Positions 1-8,941 of a stretch of DNA of 64,000 nucleotides are shown in pieces; position 1 is the first letter of the stretch; every line of letters begins with the position of its first letter. Both the position numbers and the translations under genes were made by a program. The stretch is taken from the sequence record NC_050154.1, one strand, 5' to 3'. Source of the DNA: Escherichia phage D6. The notes under the pieces are model-generated. The model was not told the origin of the DNA. It worked only from the letters and a program-made list of their open reading frames with translations, and ran no database searches.

Positions 1-98
1 CAATTATTTAAAGTTATAAAATGCCGATTTTTTTTAATCCATCATAGATTGATGATGACCAGTAACACGTTGCCTTCATGGTCTTTAATTAGCGAAGT

Positions 99-127
99 GT
101 GGTTTCTACGGTTGGTTTTCTAAAATT
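99..127 (+). promoter_or_regulatory. Tandem operator-like motifs (tggtttctacgg, ggttttctaaaatt) about 100 bp upstream of the 227..1264 gene
   Basis: Shares the core TTTTCTAAC seen at 4630, 9075, 10323, 11366, 21267 and 54208; position matches the autoregulatory operators upstream of P1 c1. Confidence 0.4.
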
Positions 128-197
128 GATGACAAAAAATCACAGTTCGATCCTTTACTCACTCTGTTATTCGACATAAATTTGTCATAGTAATTTT

Positions 198-210
198 ATG
201 TTAGAAAACT
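198..210 (-). promoter_or_regulatory. Inverted copy of the operator-like motif (plus strand atgttagaaaact) 17 bp before the ATG at 227
   Basis: Reverse complement agttttctaacat matches the dispersed core; sits over the expected promoter/RBS region. Confidence 0.4.
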
Positions 211-226
211 AAATCGAGTAGGAATA

Positions 227-1264
227 ATGAGTAAGAAGTCGATCGAGAAAGAGTACAAACGGTTCCTGCAAACCGCTGAACGGTGGAAAGAGCTGGTGGT
301 CGCAAACTCTGTTTTCCATGATACCAGTTATGCTGGCGAGGAATTCCGCCATGTTGCATTAACGCATGACCAAAACATATTAGAAGAAGCTGAAAAATGT
401 CTTGCTGAATGGAAAGCCTTCGTTGACATGTGCCGCGATGCCGACGGCAAAGCGTCGAACATTGTTGAGTCTGTATATTCTCCGATCCCATTCATCATTG
501 AGGACACCAATCAAAGCACGCATGTCGTTGTGCAAAGCGCTACAACAACACGTACATTTACACGTGAACAATTGCTAAAAAAATACGACAAAATCATAAA
601 GAAAAGCCTGAAAAATAGGGTTTTTTCTCAAATCGTAGGTGCTCTTGAAGAAGAACAGCGCTTCTTTGAAGCTGAGCCTGAAGGCGAGATCTACCGGGCG
701 CGTAAAGAGGCATATACAGATGTTGTGCTGACAACAAACATCGAAGGCAGCAATGCCCTTTCTCGCTTTAGAGTTGGCGCACATGGCGCATTGGTTTTCG
801 CAAGACTACCGAAGACAACGATCCCCGTTGTCAATAATGTTGGTGAACGCCGGAGCATTACAATTTATTCTGGCGTCGAATCGGTACCTTGCAGCCTTCT
901 CGGCGATTTTAACTTATATCGTGTTCGTGACCTGGAAAAACACCAGCCAAGCTACGTTGCGAAGTCGTACATCTTAAGGAACATCGATATTCGCAATGAA
1001 AGCCTTAAGCAGAAATCCGCTAAGATGCTGGAGGATGCCGATCCGGCTATTCGCCATATCATTGAGCGTAAGATACGTACATCACGTGAAGCAATGGCAA
1101 GGCTGGATAAAATGGATCTGGAATTGTTAGACGTAATGATGGCCTCTGGAGACGACCTGACCGGCATTAAACTGAATGAAGCTCGTAAAAAATACGGCAA
1201 AGCAATCGAAGAACGTTACGGATACACATTCCCCCAAACGCAGTACGCCGCGAAGCTCTGGTAA
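227..1264 (+). CDS. Hypothetical 345-aa protein; candidate immunity repressor (c1-position analogue), function unproven
   Basis: ATG start; convergent with pacB as c1 is in P1; two operator-like motifs immediately upstream; no domain recognisable by eye. Confidence 0.4.
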   Translation: MSKKSIEKEYKRFLQTAERWKELVVANSVFHDTSYAGEEFRHVALTHDQNILEEAEKCLAEWKAFVDMCRDADGKASNIVESVYSPIPFIIEDTNQSTHVVVQSATTTRTFTREQLLKKYDKIIKKSLKNRVFSQIVGALEEEQRFFEAEPEGEIYRARKEAYTDVVLTTNIEGSNALSRFRVGAHGALVFARLPKTTIPVVNNVGERRSITIYSGVESVPCSLLGDFNLYRVRDLEKHQPSYVAKSYILRNIDIRNESLKQKSAKMLEDADPAIRHIIERKIRTSREAMARLDKMDLELLDVMMASGDDLTGIKLNEARKKYGKAIEERYGYTFPQTQYAAKLW

Positions 1265-1271
1265 TCACAAC

Positions 1272-1291
1272 CGGCCCCGCATCGCGGGGCT
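1272..1291. terminator. Bidirectional hairpin terminator between the convergent 227..1264 gene and pacB
   Basis: ccccgc-atc-gcgggg stem-loop followed by T-rich tract. Confidence 0.5.
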
Positions 1292-2800
1292 TTATATATC
1301 CAGATCCGGCATTTCGATATCCGCCAGAACCTGATCTCGGAAAGTTGCCATTTCGGCACCAATATCTTCATTAGCAGGCACATAGTCCACCAGCATAGTG
1401 AAGCAGTAGGTATCCCATCGGTCAGGCGATTTGATGTTTAGCTTTTGCCGCATGTGCTCTTTGCGCATCATCGCCATTTTCCCTTCTTCATTCAGTAAAA
1501 AGGGGATTTTTGACGCTTGCTCTGCCGTTTTAGGGTCACTGTCTATCCGCATACGCCCTGACTTTATGGCATCACGCGCCATAATATTTGCGTAGGCACG
1601 CTGATTAACAAATCGCTCCCTGTCTTTGTTCGCAAACATGGGTTTTCCCCACCGAATACGTACCGGGTTCGCACCACGACGCACCAACTGCGCACACGTA
1701 TCAGAACCAAAACCATCAGCATCAACCGCGATTGTTATATTCGGGTATTTTTCCGGCGTACATTCGTTATATATGAAGTCAGCAAAGGCCAATGGGTCCA
1801 TAGTGCCAGACATCTCCATTACCTTAAAGTTAACAACGCGCCGCTTATCCCTGTGACCTGATACCTTGCAGATGTTGAGGACCGACTTATCTCGCCCATT
1901 ACCAACGTCAGCCGTTGCCACCCATCCCCAGTTTTTCTCCAACAACACCTTGCGGCGAGCAGCGCGATCGCATTCATCACGACCAAGCAAATAGCCGTTA
2001 ATTTCTCGTGGGAACTGACCAAGCACCTTGACCATGTACTCAATAGAATCGCGCCCGCCATATTCCAGAAGCTTCTGCTTGATGAATTGTGGTGTGACGA
2101 ACGGTGATTCTTCCGAGTTAAGAACAATTGCTGTCCAGATCCCTTTCGGGTTGTCTGGGGTTTTTGCTTGAGAATGGTGCGAATCGTAGAAATAACCACT
2201 TGGCCTTGTTGGCTGGGATAGCATCAACATCCGGTTATCTTCTTCAGTAAGAGCACCGGTCATTACGCCGATCGCCTTATCAGATATACCAGATGCTTCA
2301 TCCAGAATTAGAAGCAAATGTGCCGCGTGTTCCCCCGCCAGCGCTTCTTCGTTGCCGAGTCGATAACCTTTGCAGAGAACTTCCCAAATCCCCTTACGGG
2401 AGCGCTCATAAAACATGGTGTCAGAGAGGACAAAATAGGTCTGCAACCACCCATGACGCTTAACTGCATTCGCCCAATACTGTTTAACGTATTTGAATAC
2501 GCCTGTTTTTACCTGGCCTATCTTGTTAGCAACAATGATGACACGGGCATCGGGGAACAGGATCATGAAAATCAACAGCAACATCGCGGTAAGGGACGAC
2601 TTCCCCGTTCCGTGTCCGGACGTGACGGTCGTCCTACTCCCCGTTTCCTGCACGGACTGAATGATCTGCTGCTGCTGGTGGGAGGGGAACATCCCAAAAA
2701 TATCGACAACAGCTTGGGTAAAGTTGTAGCGGTATTTGATTACCATATCGCGCCAGCGTGGATCGCTGGTGACGCATTTAATCTTGCGCCCTCCAGCCAT
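1292..2800 (-). CDS. pacB: Terminase large subunit (PacB-like)
   Basis: 502 aa; Walker A GHGTGKS; start ATG overlaps the upstream gene stop (TAATG); P1 PacB-like size. Confidence 0.85.
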   Translation of the reverse strand: MAGGRKIKCVTSDPRWRDMVIKYRYNFTQAVVDIFGMFPSHQQQQIIQSVQETGSRTTVTSGHGTGKSSLTAMLLLIFMILFPDARVIIVANKIGQVKTGVFKYVKQYWANAVKRHGWLQTYFVLSDTMFYERSRKGIWEVLCKGYRLGNEEALAGEHAAHLLLILDEASGISDKAIGVMTGALTEEDNRMLMLSQPTRPSGYFYDSHHSQAKTPDNPKGIWTAIVLNSEESPFVTPQFIKQKLLEYGGRDSIEYMVKVLGQFPREINGYLLGRDECDRAARRKVLLEKNWGWVATADVGNGRDKSVLNICKVSGHRDKRRVVNFKVMEMSGTMDPLAFADFIYNECTPEKYPNITIAVDADGFGSDTCAQLVRRGANPVRIRWGKPMFANKDRERFVNQRAYANIMARDAIKSGRMRIDSDPKTAEQASKIPFLLNEEGKMAMMRKEHMRQKLNIKSPDRWDTYCFTMLVDYVPANEDIGAEMATFRDQVLADIEMPDLDI

Positions 2801-4164
2801 TAATCATCCTCCGGCGGTTCTATCGCGATATCATCATCTCCGGCGTCATACCCTGCATCAGATGCATCATAATCACCGTAAATATCAGCCGTTGCCGAAG
2901 GGTCAATATCCAGCTCTTCGTCGTTGGCCTCGAATTCTCCAGCTTTACGCTCGCCATTGCGGTCGTAATCTCCGCACCCCAATTCTTCAACAATGGTTGC
3001 CACATCCGCCCGGCGCTCTGCCAGCCATTGCGGATGGTTAGCCTGAAGCGTCGCAAACTCCCTCGCCTCTTTGTCCAGCTGTTCATCATCAACATCATTG
3101 ACGTCAGAAACAGGTGGTTCGAGAAGAGTGATAGCTTTCGCCGCGCGCGCCGCGAGGATAGCCGGGACGCTGACCCCCTGGCGCTCGATGTATTCAGCAA
3201 CACCGATATCATCCAGTTCCTCGCGCTCACGCATACGTATAGCGGCGGCGATAACTCTGGCAGCGCGTGCGTCAGCGCCAATGCGATATTCAATCTCTTT
3301 GCCACGCTGTTCGGCCTGTAGGCGTGCTAATTCGAGTTTTTCTCTGGCCTCAGCCTCTTTGAATGCTTGCTGGCGAGCGCTCTGACGAAGCTTTTCATCC
3401 CCCTGTCGCAGCTTTTGTTCGGACTGATATATAGCTGCCAACCTACTGATAAAATCATTCATGTAGTAGGCCGCGTCACTGATTAGACCGAGAAGGCGCT
3501 GCCCAGGGTGCATTCCTTCTGGCTCTTTATCGCCCAAGGCGTCTATTTCCGCCTGTAGACGTTCGGCCTCCTGATCAACAATGCTTTGATACTGAAGTGC
3601 GCGCTCTTGCGCCATTTGAATTGCTAACCGCAGGTGTTCTTCTGCGCCGTTCTTCATCATATCGCGAGCCACATTCGTAGTGGGCAATGTGGCACGCTGC
3701 ACAGCACCGCCAGGGATCATTGCTGAAGATCCCTCAATTTTTGGGGCGCTTTTATCTTCTTCGGGGATCATTTTCGCCATTTTTTCGCGCAATGATCTCC
3801 TGACAGATTCTTTTATCTCATTGTTATTATTGGTATTACTTTCATGATCCGAAGTTTTCTTTCTTGGCATACTTCGGAAAGAACCTGCACCCTGCGAATT
3901 GTCAATTTCTGTAAATTTTGTTTTTTCTGCACCCTCTTCCAGCTTTTTTGTTGCTCTTCCCGCCCGTTTTTTTTCAGGTGATTTGGTGCTTTTTTTTGTT
4001 GTCTTTACCTGCGACCGCACCTCATTTTTTTTCATATTGAGATGCTTTCTGGCTGTATTGAAGCTAAGGCCATGCTCCTCACAGTATTCCTTTACAGTGA
4101 TCCCTTTTTCTTCACGCAACGCTATAAAGCGGGCGCGGTGCTCCTCCCAATTAACCAGACTCAT
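2800..4164 (-). CDS. pacA: Terminase small / pac-recognition subunit (PacA-like)
   Basis: 454 aa; N-terminal HTH-like segment (KEYCEEHGLSFNTARKHL); acidic C-terminus; translationally coupled to pacB. Confidence 0.55.
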   Translation of the reverse strand: MSLVNWEEHRARFIALREEKGITVKEYCEEHGLSFNTARKHLNMKKNEVRSQVKTTKKSTKSPEKKRAGRATKKLEEGAEKTKFTEIDNSQGAGSFRSMPRKKTSDHESNTNNNNEIKESVRRSLREKMAKMIPEEDKSAPKIEGSSAMIPGGAVQRATLPTTNVARDMMKNGAEEHLRLAIQMAQERALQYQSIVDQEAERLQAEIDALGDKEPEGMHPGQRLLGLISDAAYYMNDFISRLAAIYQSEQKLRQGDEKLRQSARQQAFKEAEAREKLELARLQAEQRGKEIEYRIGADARAARVIAAAIRMREREELDDIGVAEYIERQGVSVPAILAARAAKAITLLEPPVSDVNDVDDEQLDKEAREFATLQANHPQWLAERRADVATIVEELGCGDYDRNGERKAGEFEANDEELDIDPSATADIYGDYDASDAGYDAGDDDIAIEPPEDD

Positions 4165-4553
4165 AAAGCAACACCACGCTTTTTAACGGCGGCATTCCAC
4201 AGCTTATTCGCCATGTCCACCAGCTCTCGTTGCTCTTTTCGCGCCTGTTCGACTGATTTCCTGCTACAGTTTTTAACCAGTAAGCTACCGTATTCAGGCG
4301 TGCGCCCGCGCACCTTGAACTGATATCCGTTCAGACCATGTAGCCAGTATTTTCGTGGATACACACGATCATCCAGCTCACAGATTGCCCTGCTTGAACG
4401 AACAAAATGACGAATGATGTTAGTTACACTTACTCGTGAAACATGGAGATGAGGGTATTTTTCTTTGGCGAGAGTGGTAATTTCAGTGACTGTCAGATAG
4501 CAGTCAGCCCTGATCATGATATCCGCAATTTCTGCGCTGCTGATTTGTTCCAT
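4161..4553 (-). CDS. Hypothetical protein in the late-promoter-activator position (Lpa-like?)
   Basis: 130 aa; overlaps pacA start (ATGA); operator-like motif 77 bp upstream, as for C1-controlled lpa in P1. Confidence 0.3.
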   Translation of the reverse strand: MEQISSAEIADIMIRADCYLTVTEITTLAKEKYPHLHVSRVSVTNIIRHFVRSSRAICELDDRVYPRKYWLHGLNGYQFKVRGRTPEYGSLLVKNCSRKSVEQARKEQRELVDMANKLWNAAVKKRGVAL

Positions 4554-4629
4554 TAATCCCCCGGGCAGGAAATGACCGAGGGGATGATAATGAGAATGTT
4601 AAAACTGTATAGACTGGTAAAAAGATGAT

Positions 4630-4643
4630 TGTATTAGAAAATT
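4630..4643 (-). promoter_or_regulatory. Operator-like motif (plus strand tgtattagaaaatt) upstream of the 4161..4553 gene
   Basis: Read in the gene's direction it is aattttctaataca; ~30-bp block closely resembles the reverse complement of the site at 54208. Confidence 0.45.
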
Positions 4644-4661
4644 AATATTAAATACCTAATG

Positions 4662-5054
4662 CTACCAGCGAGACAAACGAACAACATGTTTCACTTTTGC
4701 GATCCACTTTCCGCGATAACTATTGATTACGGCCTGTGCCAGCTTCAAATTGGCTTCAAAATCAGCCTTACTACCATCAGACTCCACCAGCATTCCTCCA
4801 TCTATTTCTGGTAAACATAGATAATCCTGCTCAACCTGCAGCGGCATTGATGGCTCTCTGAATGGCGTTACTTGCTCTGCTTTCCAGCGAAATCTAACCC
4901 TCATCCCCCTGGTGGTCATTACTAGATAGCCTGTTATAGTGCTTTTATGGCCCACATCAGTACGCGTGGCATTGCATGACACGATCTTACAGTTAGCGAT
5001 AGACCACTCCATATTGGTGGCCTGTTGAGTGCTTAATTTGGTAGTCCCGTACAT
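4662..5054 (-). CDS. Hypothetical protein
   Basis: 130-aa ORF; overlaps the upstream gene by start/stop coupling. Confidence 0.35.
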   Translation of the reverse strand: MYGTTKLSTQQATNMEWSIANCKIVSCNATRTDVGHKSTITGYLVMTTRGMRVRFRWKAEQVTPFREPSMPLQVEQDYLCLPEIDGGMLVESDGSKADFEANLKLAQAVINSYRGKWIAKVKHVVRLSRW

Positions 5055-5629
5055 CAGAAAGCCTCCCAGTCAGTCGCGATAATATCCACACCAGTTGCAA
5101 ACCAGTCTGTCTGCGCCTGTAAATCACCATTCATCATTACCAGGCGAGGCATCACCATCACATCGCACCCTTCCACAATATCGAATGCCTCTTCCGGCAA
5201 GAATTCGAAGAGCTTTTCTTTGCTGCCAATGCTGCCACGGAACATCGATATATAGCTCCCTTTAGGCCATGATGTCCGCCGGGCATCAAGCCCTTTCATC
5301 ATCCAGTAAAAAGCCGAGGAAAAAGGGATATTCTTTTTGCCAATGATTACATTATTCGCTTCTGTGTACTTCAGGAACTTAACTAACCTTACCATTGACT
5401 CGGATAACGCAACGTATGGCTCATGATTGATTGCTGACACGCTTACACCGTGCAATCCAACGCTTACCACTGTCATATCGCCGCTCTGTGCGGTTTCGAT
5501 ATTGACGCCTTTGCGAACTAATGAGGCGTAAAGTTCCTCTCGCTTTTGGGTCCAGCGTTCACGCTTCCCTATGAAGTCACTCAAAATGAGATCTTCTTCT
5601 GCATATGCGTTATCGTTCGCCATTAACAT
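5054..5629 (-). CDS. Hypothetical protein
   Basis: 191-aa ORF with ATG start; no recognisable motif. Confidence 0.35.
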   Translation of the reverse strand: MLMANDNAYAEEDLILSDFIGKRERWTQKREELYASLVRKGVNIETAQSGDMTVVSVGLHGVSVSAINHEPYVALSESMVRLVKFLKYTEANNVIIGKKNIPFSSAFYWMMKGLDARRTSWPKGSYISMFRGSIGSKEKLFEFLPEEAFDIVEGCDVMVMPRLVMMNGDLQAQTDWFATGVDIIATDWEAF

Positions 5630-6083
5630 AACGTCTCCTTTTTTACACGCGCGACTATCCCCCGGAAGTGCCGGTAGTGATGTCGTAACTTCGTATTAAT
5701 TAAGGGGTACAGCCTGAGCGGCTATATGATGAATTGAAAGGAGTTGTGGCGGTGGTGCCTCCACCTGCCAGGTTAGCCACTCCTGGCGACGTCACTTATC
5801 AGAACGTAGTGAATGAAAATGGCTTCGTCACGAGCGCATAGCCGCAATTACCACAACGGAAACGGCGCTCACGCTAATTAAACGCCTTTTCCTGTTGTGC
5901 GCCGTGCTCTTCCGGCTGTCACACCGAATCGCCAGGATGGTGAATCCTCGGTCCGACGATATGAACGGGGCTTGCACATTCCGGCTACCTGGTTTGTTGC
6001 CTGAGCTAGGGGAAAAGGTAACCCCTTTAACGTCACCAGACCGCTAACGACGCATGTGCCAGACGCCGTGTTACAACCAAATA

Positions 6084-6159
6084 TGGTGGCCCCTACCTGA
6101 CTTGAACCGGTGACCGTGCGATTATGAGTCGCCAGCTCTAACCACTGAGCTAAGGGGCC
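6084..6159 (-). tRNA. tRNA with anticodon CAT (Met or lysidine-Ile2)
   Basis: Hand-folded cloverleaf: acceptor GGCCCCT/AGGGGCC, D-arm GCTC..GAGC, anticodon loop CTCATAA, T-loop TTCAAGT, encoded CCA; one mismatch each in anticodon and T stems. Confidence 0.55.
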
Positions 6160-6168
6160 AATTAGTTT

Positions 6169-6279
6169 TTATTTTCGACGCCTGAGATTCTTCGCTACTT
6201 GTTCTACTCCGTATACGATCACAAGCAGAAATAGCAAAGACCATCCAGGGTTCTTATCAATATACGTCCAAAAATCCAT
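6169..6279 (-). CDS. Small hydrophobic protein (36 aa; tciC-like position)
   Basis: Hand-translated micro-ORF below the ORF-track cutoff; ATG overlaps upstream stop (TGATG); one predicted TM helix. Confidence 0.3.
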   Translation of the reverse strand: MDFWTYIDKNPGWSLLFLLVIVYGVEQVAKNLRRRK

Positions 6280-6443
6280 CATGAGTTCCTGAACGCAGCT
6301 TTAATAATCGGCAATAGCAATACCACAGCTACTGAAACCAGTGCCCCATCAGCCAACACCGACATCACTTTGCTGGTGAAATCCACCAGCACGGACAAAA
6401 CGAGAAAACCAATGGCGCACGCAATACGCGCCTTGCCAATCAT
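6279..6443 (-). CDS. Small membrane protein (54 aa; tciB-like position)
   Basis: Hand-translated micro-ORF; ATG overlaps the TerB-like gene stop (TAATG); two hydrophobic segments. Confidence 0.3.
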   Translation of the reverse strand: MIGKARIACAIGFLVLSVLVDFTSKVMSVLADGALVSVAVVLLLPIIKAAFRNS

Positions 6444-6877
6444 TACAGATAATCTTCCACACGAAGGCCCAAACGACGGCCTACTTCTTCCAGTACTTTG
6501 TGTTCTGCTGGCTCGATTTCACCGTCCGCTTCTGCAATCGTCAGCATGTTAACGAATACTTCTTCCGCTTCTTTTGGATCATTTTTGATATCTTCAATTT
6601 CGCGAAGGATATTCATGCGACCAACACGGAAACCAGCTTCCAGTTGCTCAGTAAAACGGGTGATTGTTGCGGTAATTTCGTTGCCAAAATGACTTAAGCG
6701 AGGATTAGAGCGGACAAGCTGATCAAGTTTCGCTGTTTCTTCCTTTTCGATTTCACCATCTGCGGCAGACACCAACAAACAGCCACCGATAATGGCCTCC
6801 ATCAGATCGCGATTCTCAACCCTTTTCAGCTCTACTTTTGCTGAAGCGACTTTCTTACCGAAAAATTTACCGAACAT
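6443..6877 (-). CDS. TerB-family protein (TciA-like)
   Basis: 144 aa; duplicated acidic EADGEIE motifs typical of TerB; P1 carries TerB-like tciA next to its tRNA genes. Confidence 0.55.
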   Translation of the reverse strand: MFGKFFGKKVASAKVELKRVENRDLMEAIIGGCLLVSAADGEIEKEETAKLDQLVRSNPRLSHFGNEITATITRFTEQLEAGFRVGRMNILREIEDIKNDPKEAEEVFVNMLTIAEADGEIEPAEHKVLEEVGRRLGLRVEDYL

Positions 6878-7144
6878 TGGTTATCCCTCAATAAACATGA
6901 CGTATTTATTAGGTTGCGGTGCCTGGTGCCTCCAGGTGACGTTAACCAGTTAACAATTAACGCCGGGATTTTTGACTTAACCACTAAGGAGGATTGTTTT
7001 AACTGTTCCGCGTGCGCTTAGCCGCATTCACCGCAATGGTAAGAGCACTTGGCTGGCTGGGCGGCGATGACGCCTGTACGCATTTGGTGATCCGGTTCTG
7101 CTTCCGGCATTCGCTTAATTAGCCAAATACTCTTAACGTTGCGC

Positions 7145-7231
7145 TGGCGGAGAGTAATGGAATCGAACCATCATCGCTTGCGCAATGGGACGGTTTTCAA
7201 GACCGCTTGAGCACCATGCGCCCTACTCTCC
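7145..7231 (-). tRNA. Atypical type-II tRNA-like gene (anticodon TGA, Ser?) or pseudo-tRNA
   Basis: Perfect 7-bp acceptor GGAGAGT/ACTCTCC with encoded CCA; anticodon arm GCGGT-CTTGAAA-ACCGT; variable arm with GCAA tetraloop; T-arm GATGG-TTCGATT-CCATT; D-arm not canonical. Confidence 0.4.
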
Positions 7232-7378
7232 GGCCGTTGTGGTGGCCGGTACTGAATCTCCGGCATACGGTGCAGCCAATTAGGACTACGGACGATCACC
7301 GCTCGCGAAAGGGAAGATTTGCGGCCGCATTTCCCTAACATCCAAGAAAGCTATCGCATCAGCCTGCGAATCCACCAC

Positions 7379-7466
7379 AACGTTGAGAACACTGGTTGTC
7401 ACGCTGCAACGCAACATTTATTCGTAGATTGGGATATGACCCCGTTACGCCAGTGTTCTCAACGTT
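7379..7466. repeat. Long-stem hairpin H1 (17-bp perfect inverted repeat, 54-nt loop)
   Basis: aacgttgagaacactgg ... ccagtgttctcaacgtt. Confidence 0.7.
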
Positions 7467-7608
7467 GTAGTGCCGGTTACGGTTCCGGCCAGGCCTCTTC
7501 CTCAACGGGGTGTTCTCCGTACGGACTACCGTTTATTGGTCGTTCCTGCGGTTTATGTTGTGAAGCCAGATGCTTATCTTCTGGTTGCTTCAAAGAGCTG
7601 CACTTCAT

Positions 7609-7695
7609 CACAACGGTAAGGGTACTTCGTAGGGATTCGAACCCTCTGCCAAGCTCGGCGATCTCCGACGTCGCAAAATACCCTTACCTGTTGTG
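7609..7695. repeat. Long-stem hairpin H2 (16-bp stem with one bulge) enclosing a T-arm-like GGTTCGAATCC element
   Basis: cacaacggtaagggta ... tacccttacctgttgtg; internal agggattcgaaccct; directly adjacent to tRNA-Thr; does not fold as a complete tRNA. Confidence 0.6.
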
Positions 7696-7696
7696 C

Positions 7697-7772
7697 TGGT
7701 GCCGATTAACGGACTCGAACCGCTGACATCCTGCTTACAAGGCAGGCGCTCTACCAACTGAGCTAAACCGGC
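7697..7772 (-). tRNA. tRNA-Thr (anticodon TGT)
   Basis: Clean cloverleaf folded by hand: acceptor GCCGGTT/AATCGGC, anticodon stem CCTGC/GCAGG, loop CTTGTAA, T-loop TTCGAGT, encoded CCA. Confidence 0.9.
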
Positions 7773-7774
7773 AT

Positions 7775-7850
7775 TGGCGATGGTGGATGGATTTGAACCA
7801 TCGACCCGTTGATTAACAGTCAACCGCTCTAACCGCTGAGCTACACCATC
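7775..7850 (-). tRNA. tRNA-Asn (anticodon GTT)
   Basis: Clean cloverleaf: acceptor GATGGTG/CACCATC, anticodon stem GTTGA/TCAAC, loop CTGTTAA, T-loop TTCAAAT, encoded CCA. Confidence 0.9.
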
Positions 7851-8353
7851 ACTTGCCGGGTACGTCTCCGGCGAGGGCTTCCACCTCCGTATGCTTTTCG
7901 GCGCACCGCGCCCTGGCTGCAATTCGGTAACAGGGGATGCACAACCCTGGCTTCCAGCGTGATTAGCGCCTTCAGCATGACGGGATATACCCGTTACAAG
8001 AAATTCCCCCAGGATGCCATTAAGCAATGGCTGTTACGCGGGAGGGACGTAACAGGTAAGGGCGCTGACCAGAAAGACCTGACCCTTCTCATTCATCTGG
8101 TTAATCACACCAGCGCCCTTGCCTGTTATGCCTCCCCGTTCCCTAATACACAGACGGGGACACTCTGCGGTCGATTTTTTGACGGGGGACGACTCATACC
8201 CCGTGGCGTCTGGCTTCTTAGGCCGCTACCATCATCAGATCATCGTTTGCATTTACTTTAATGGTCGGTTTCTAAACCGCCGCAAAGTCGCTAACCATGA
8301 CGAAAACCCTAAAAAAGCCCACCCGAAGATGGGCAAATACGCTACATCTCACA

Positions 8354-8432
8354 CAAGAAAGAAGCCGACTGCCTGAGCTGGATTCACTTTCAAATGCCCG
8401 CTGAAAGGGATCACAAGTCGGCTTCTTTCTTG
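8354..8432. repeat. Long-stem hairpin H3 (17-bp perfect inverted repeat, 45-nt loop)
   Basis: caagaaagaagccgact ... agtcggcttctttcttg. Confidence 0.7.
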
Positions 8433-8648
8433 ATGCGGCACTCTCTCCGCCCGTCACCGCTCTGTCTCGGTTGTCGCGTTTGCCACGCCAGCCATAACGA
8501 GGTTTAAAGTCTTTGCACGTTCCCATCACTCGACTGCCGTCTGTGGCTGTTCGTTGCAGCGGGGGTGCCTCCCCCTGGGGATATCCCCGGCCTTACCCCA
8601 TTCTTTCAAGACACAATGCAAGGCCACATCCGCATAGGTGCATTACCG

Positions 8649-8713
8649 CAACATTAAGGAGACTCAGGGCAAAAGGTAACCGCCACAAAAATCCCTATGC
8701 CTCCTTAATGTTG
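8649..8713. repeat. Long-stem hairpin H4 (13-bp perfect inverted repeat, 39-nt loop)
   Basis: caacattaaggag ... ctccttaatgttg; loop contains aaaaggtaacc, also present at 6013. Confidence 0.65.
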
Positions 8714-8941
8714 AAGATGTGCATTGATGATTAGATGCAGCATGTACCGTTACTCTCTGCCGGACCATCATCAATGAACACCTTAAAAAGACCTTCCGTG
8801 GCTCAACATGTATTGTCGTTTACTCCGCAAAGTGCTCTCTCTGAAACCACTTTCCGCACTAAACCTGCTGAACTTTGGCCTGCACGGTGCCAAAGCGTGC
8901 TCTTGCATTACTATACTTTTCTAACACTTTAATTTGTTAAA

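Noticed and set aside
7319-8027. 135-aa and 139-aa ORFs in the tRNA island
   Set aside because: They overlap the tRNA-Thr and tRNA-Asn genes and the long hairpins; the region is better explained as RNA genes.
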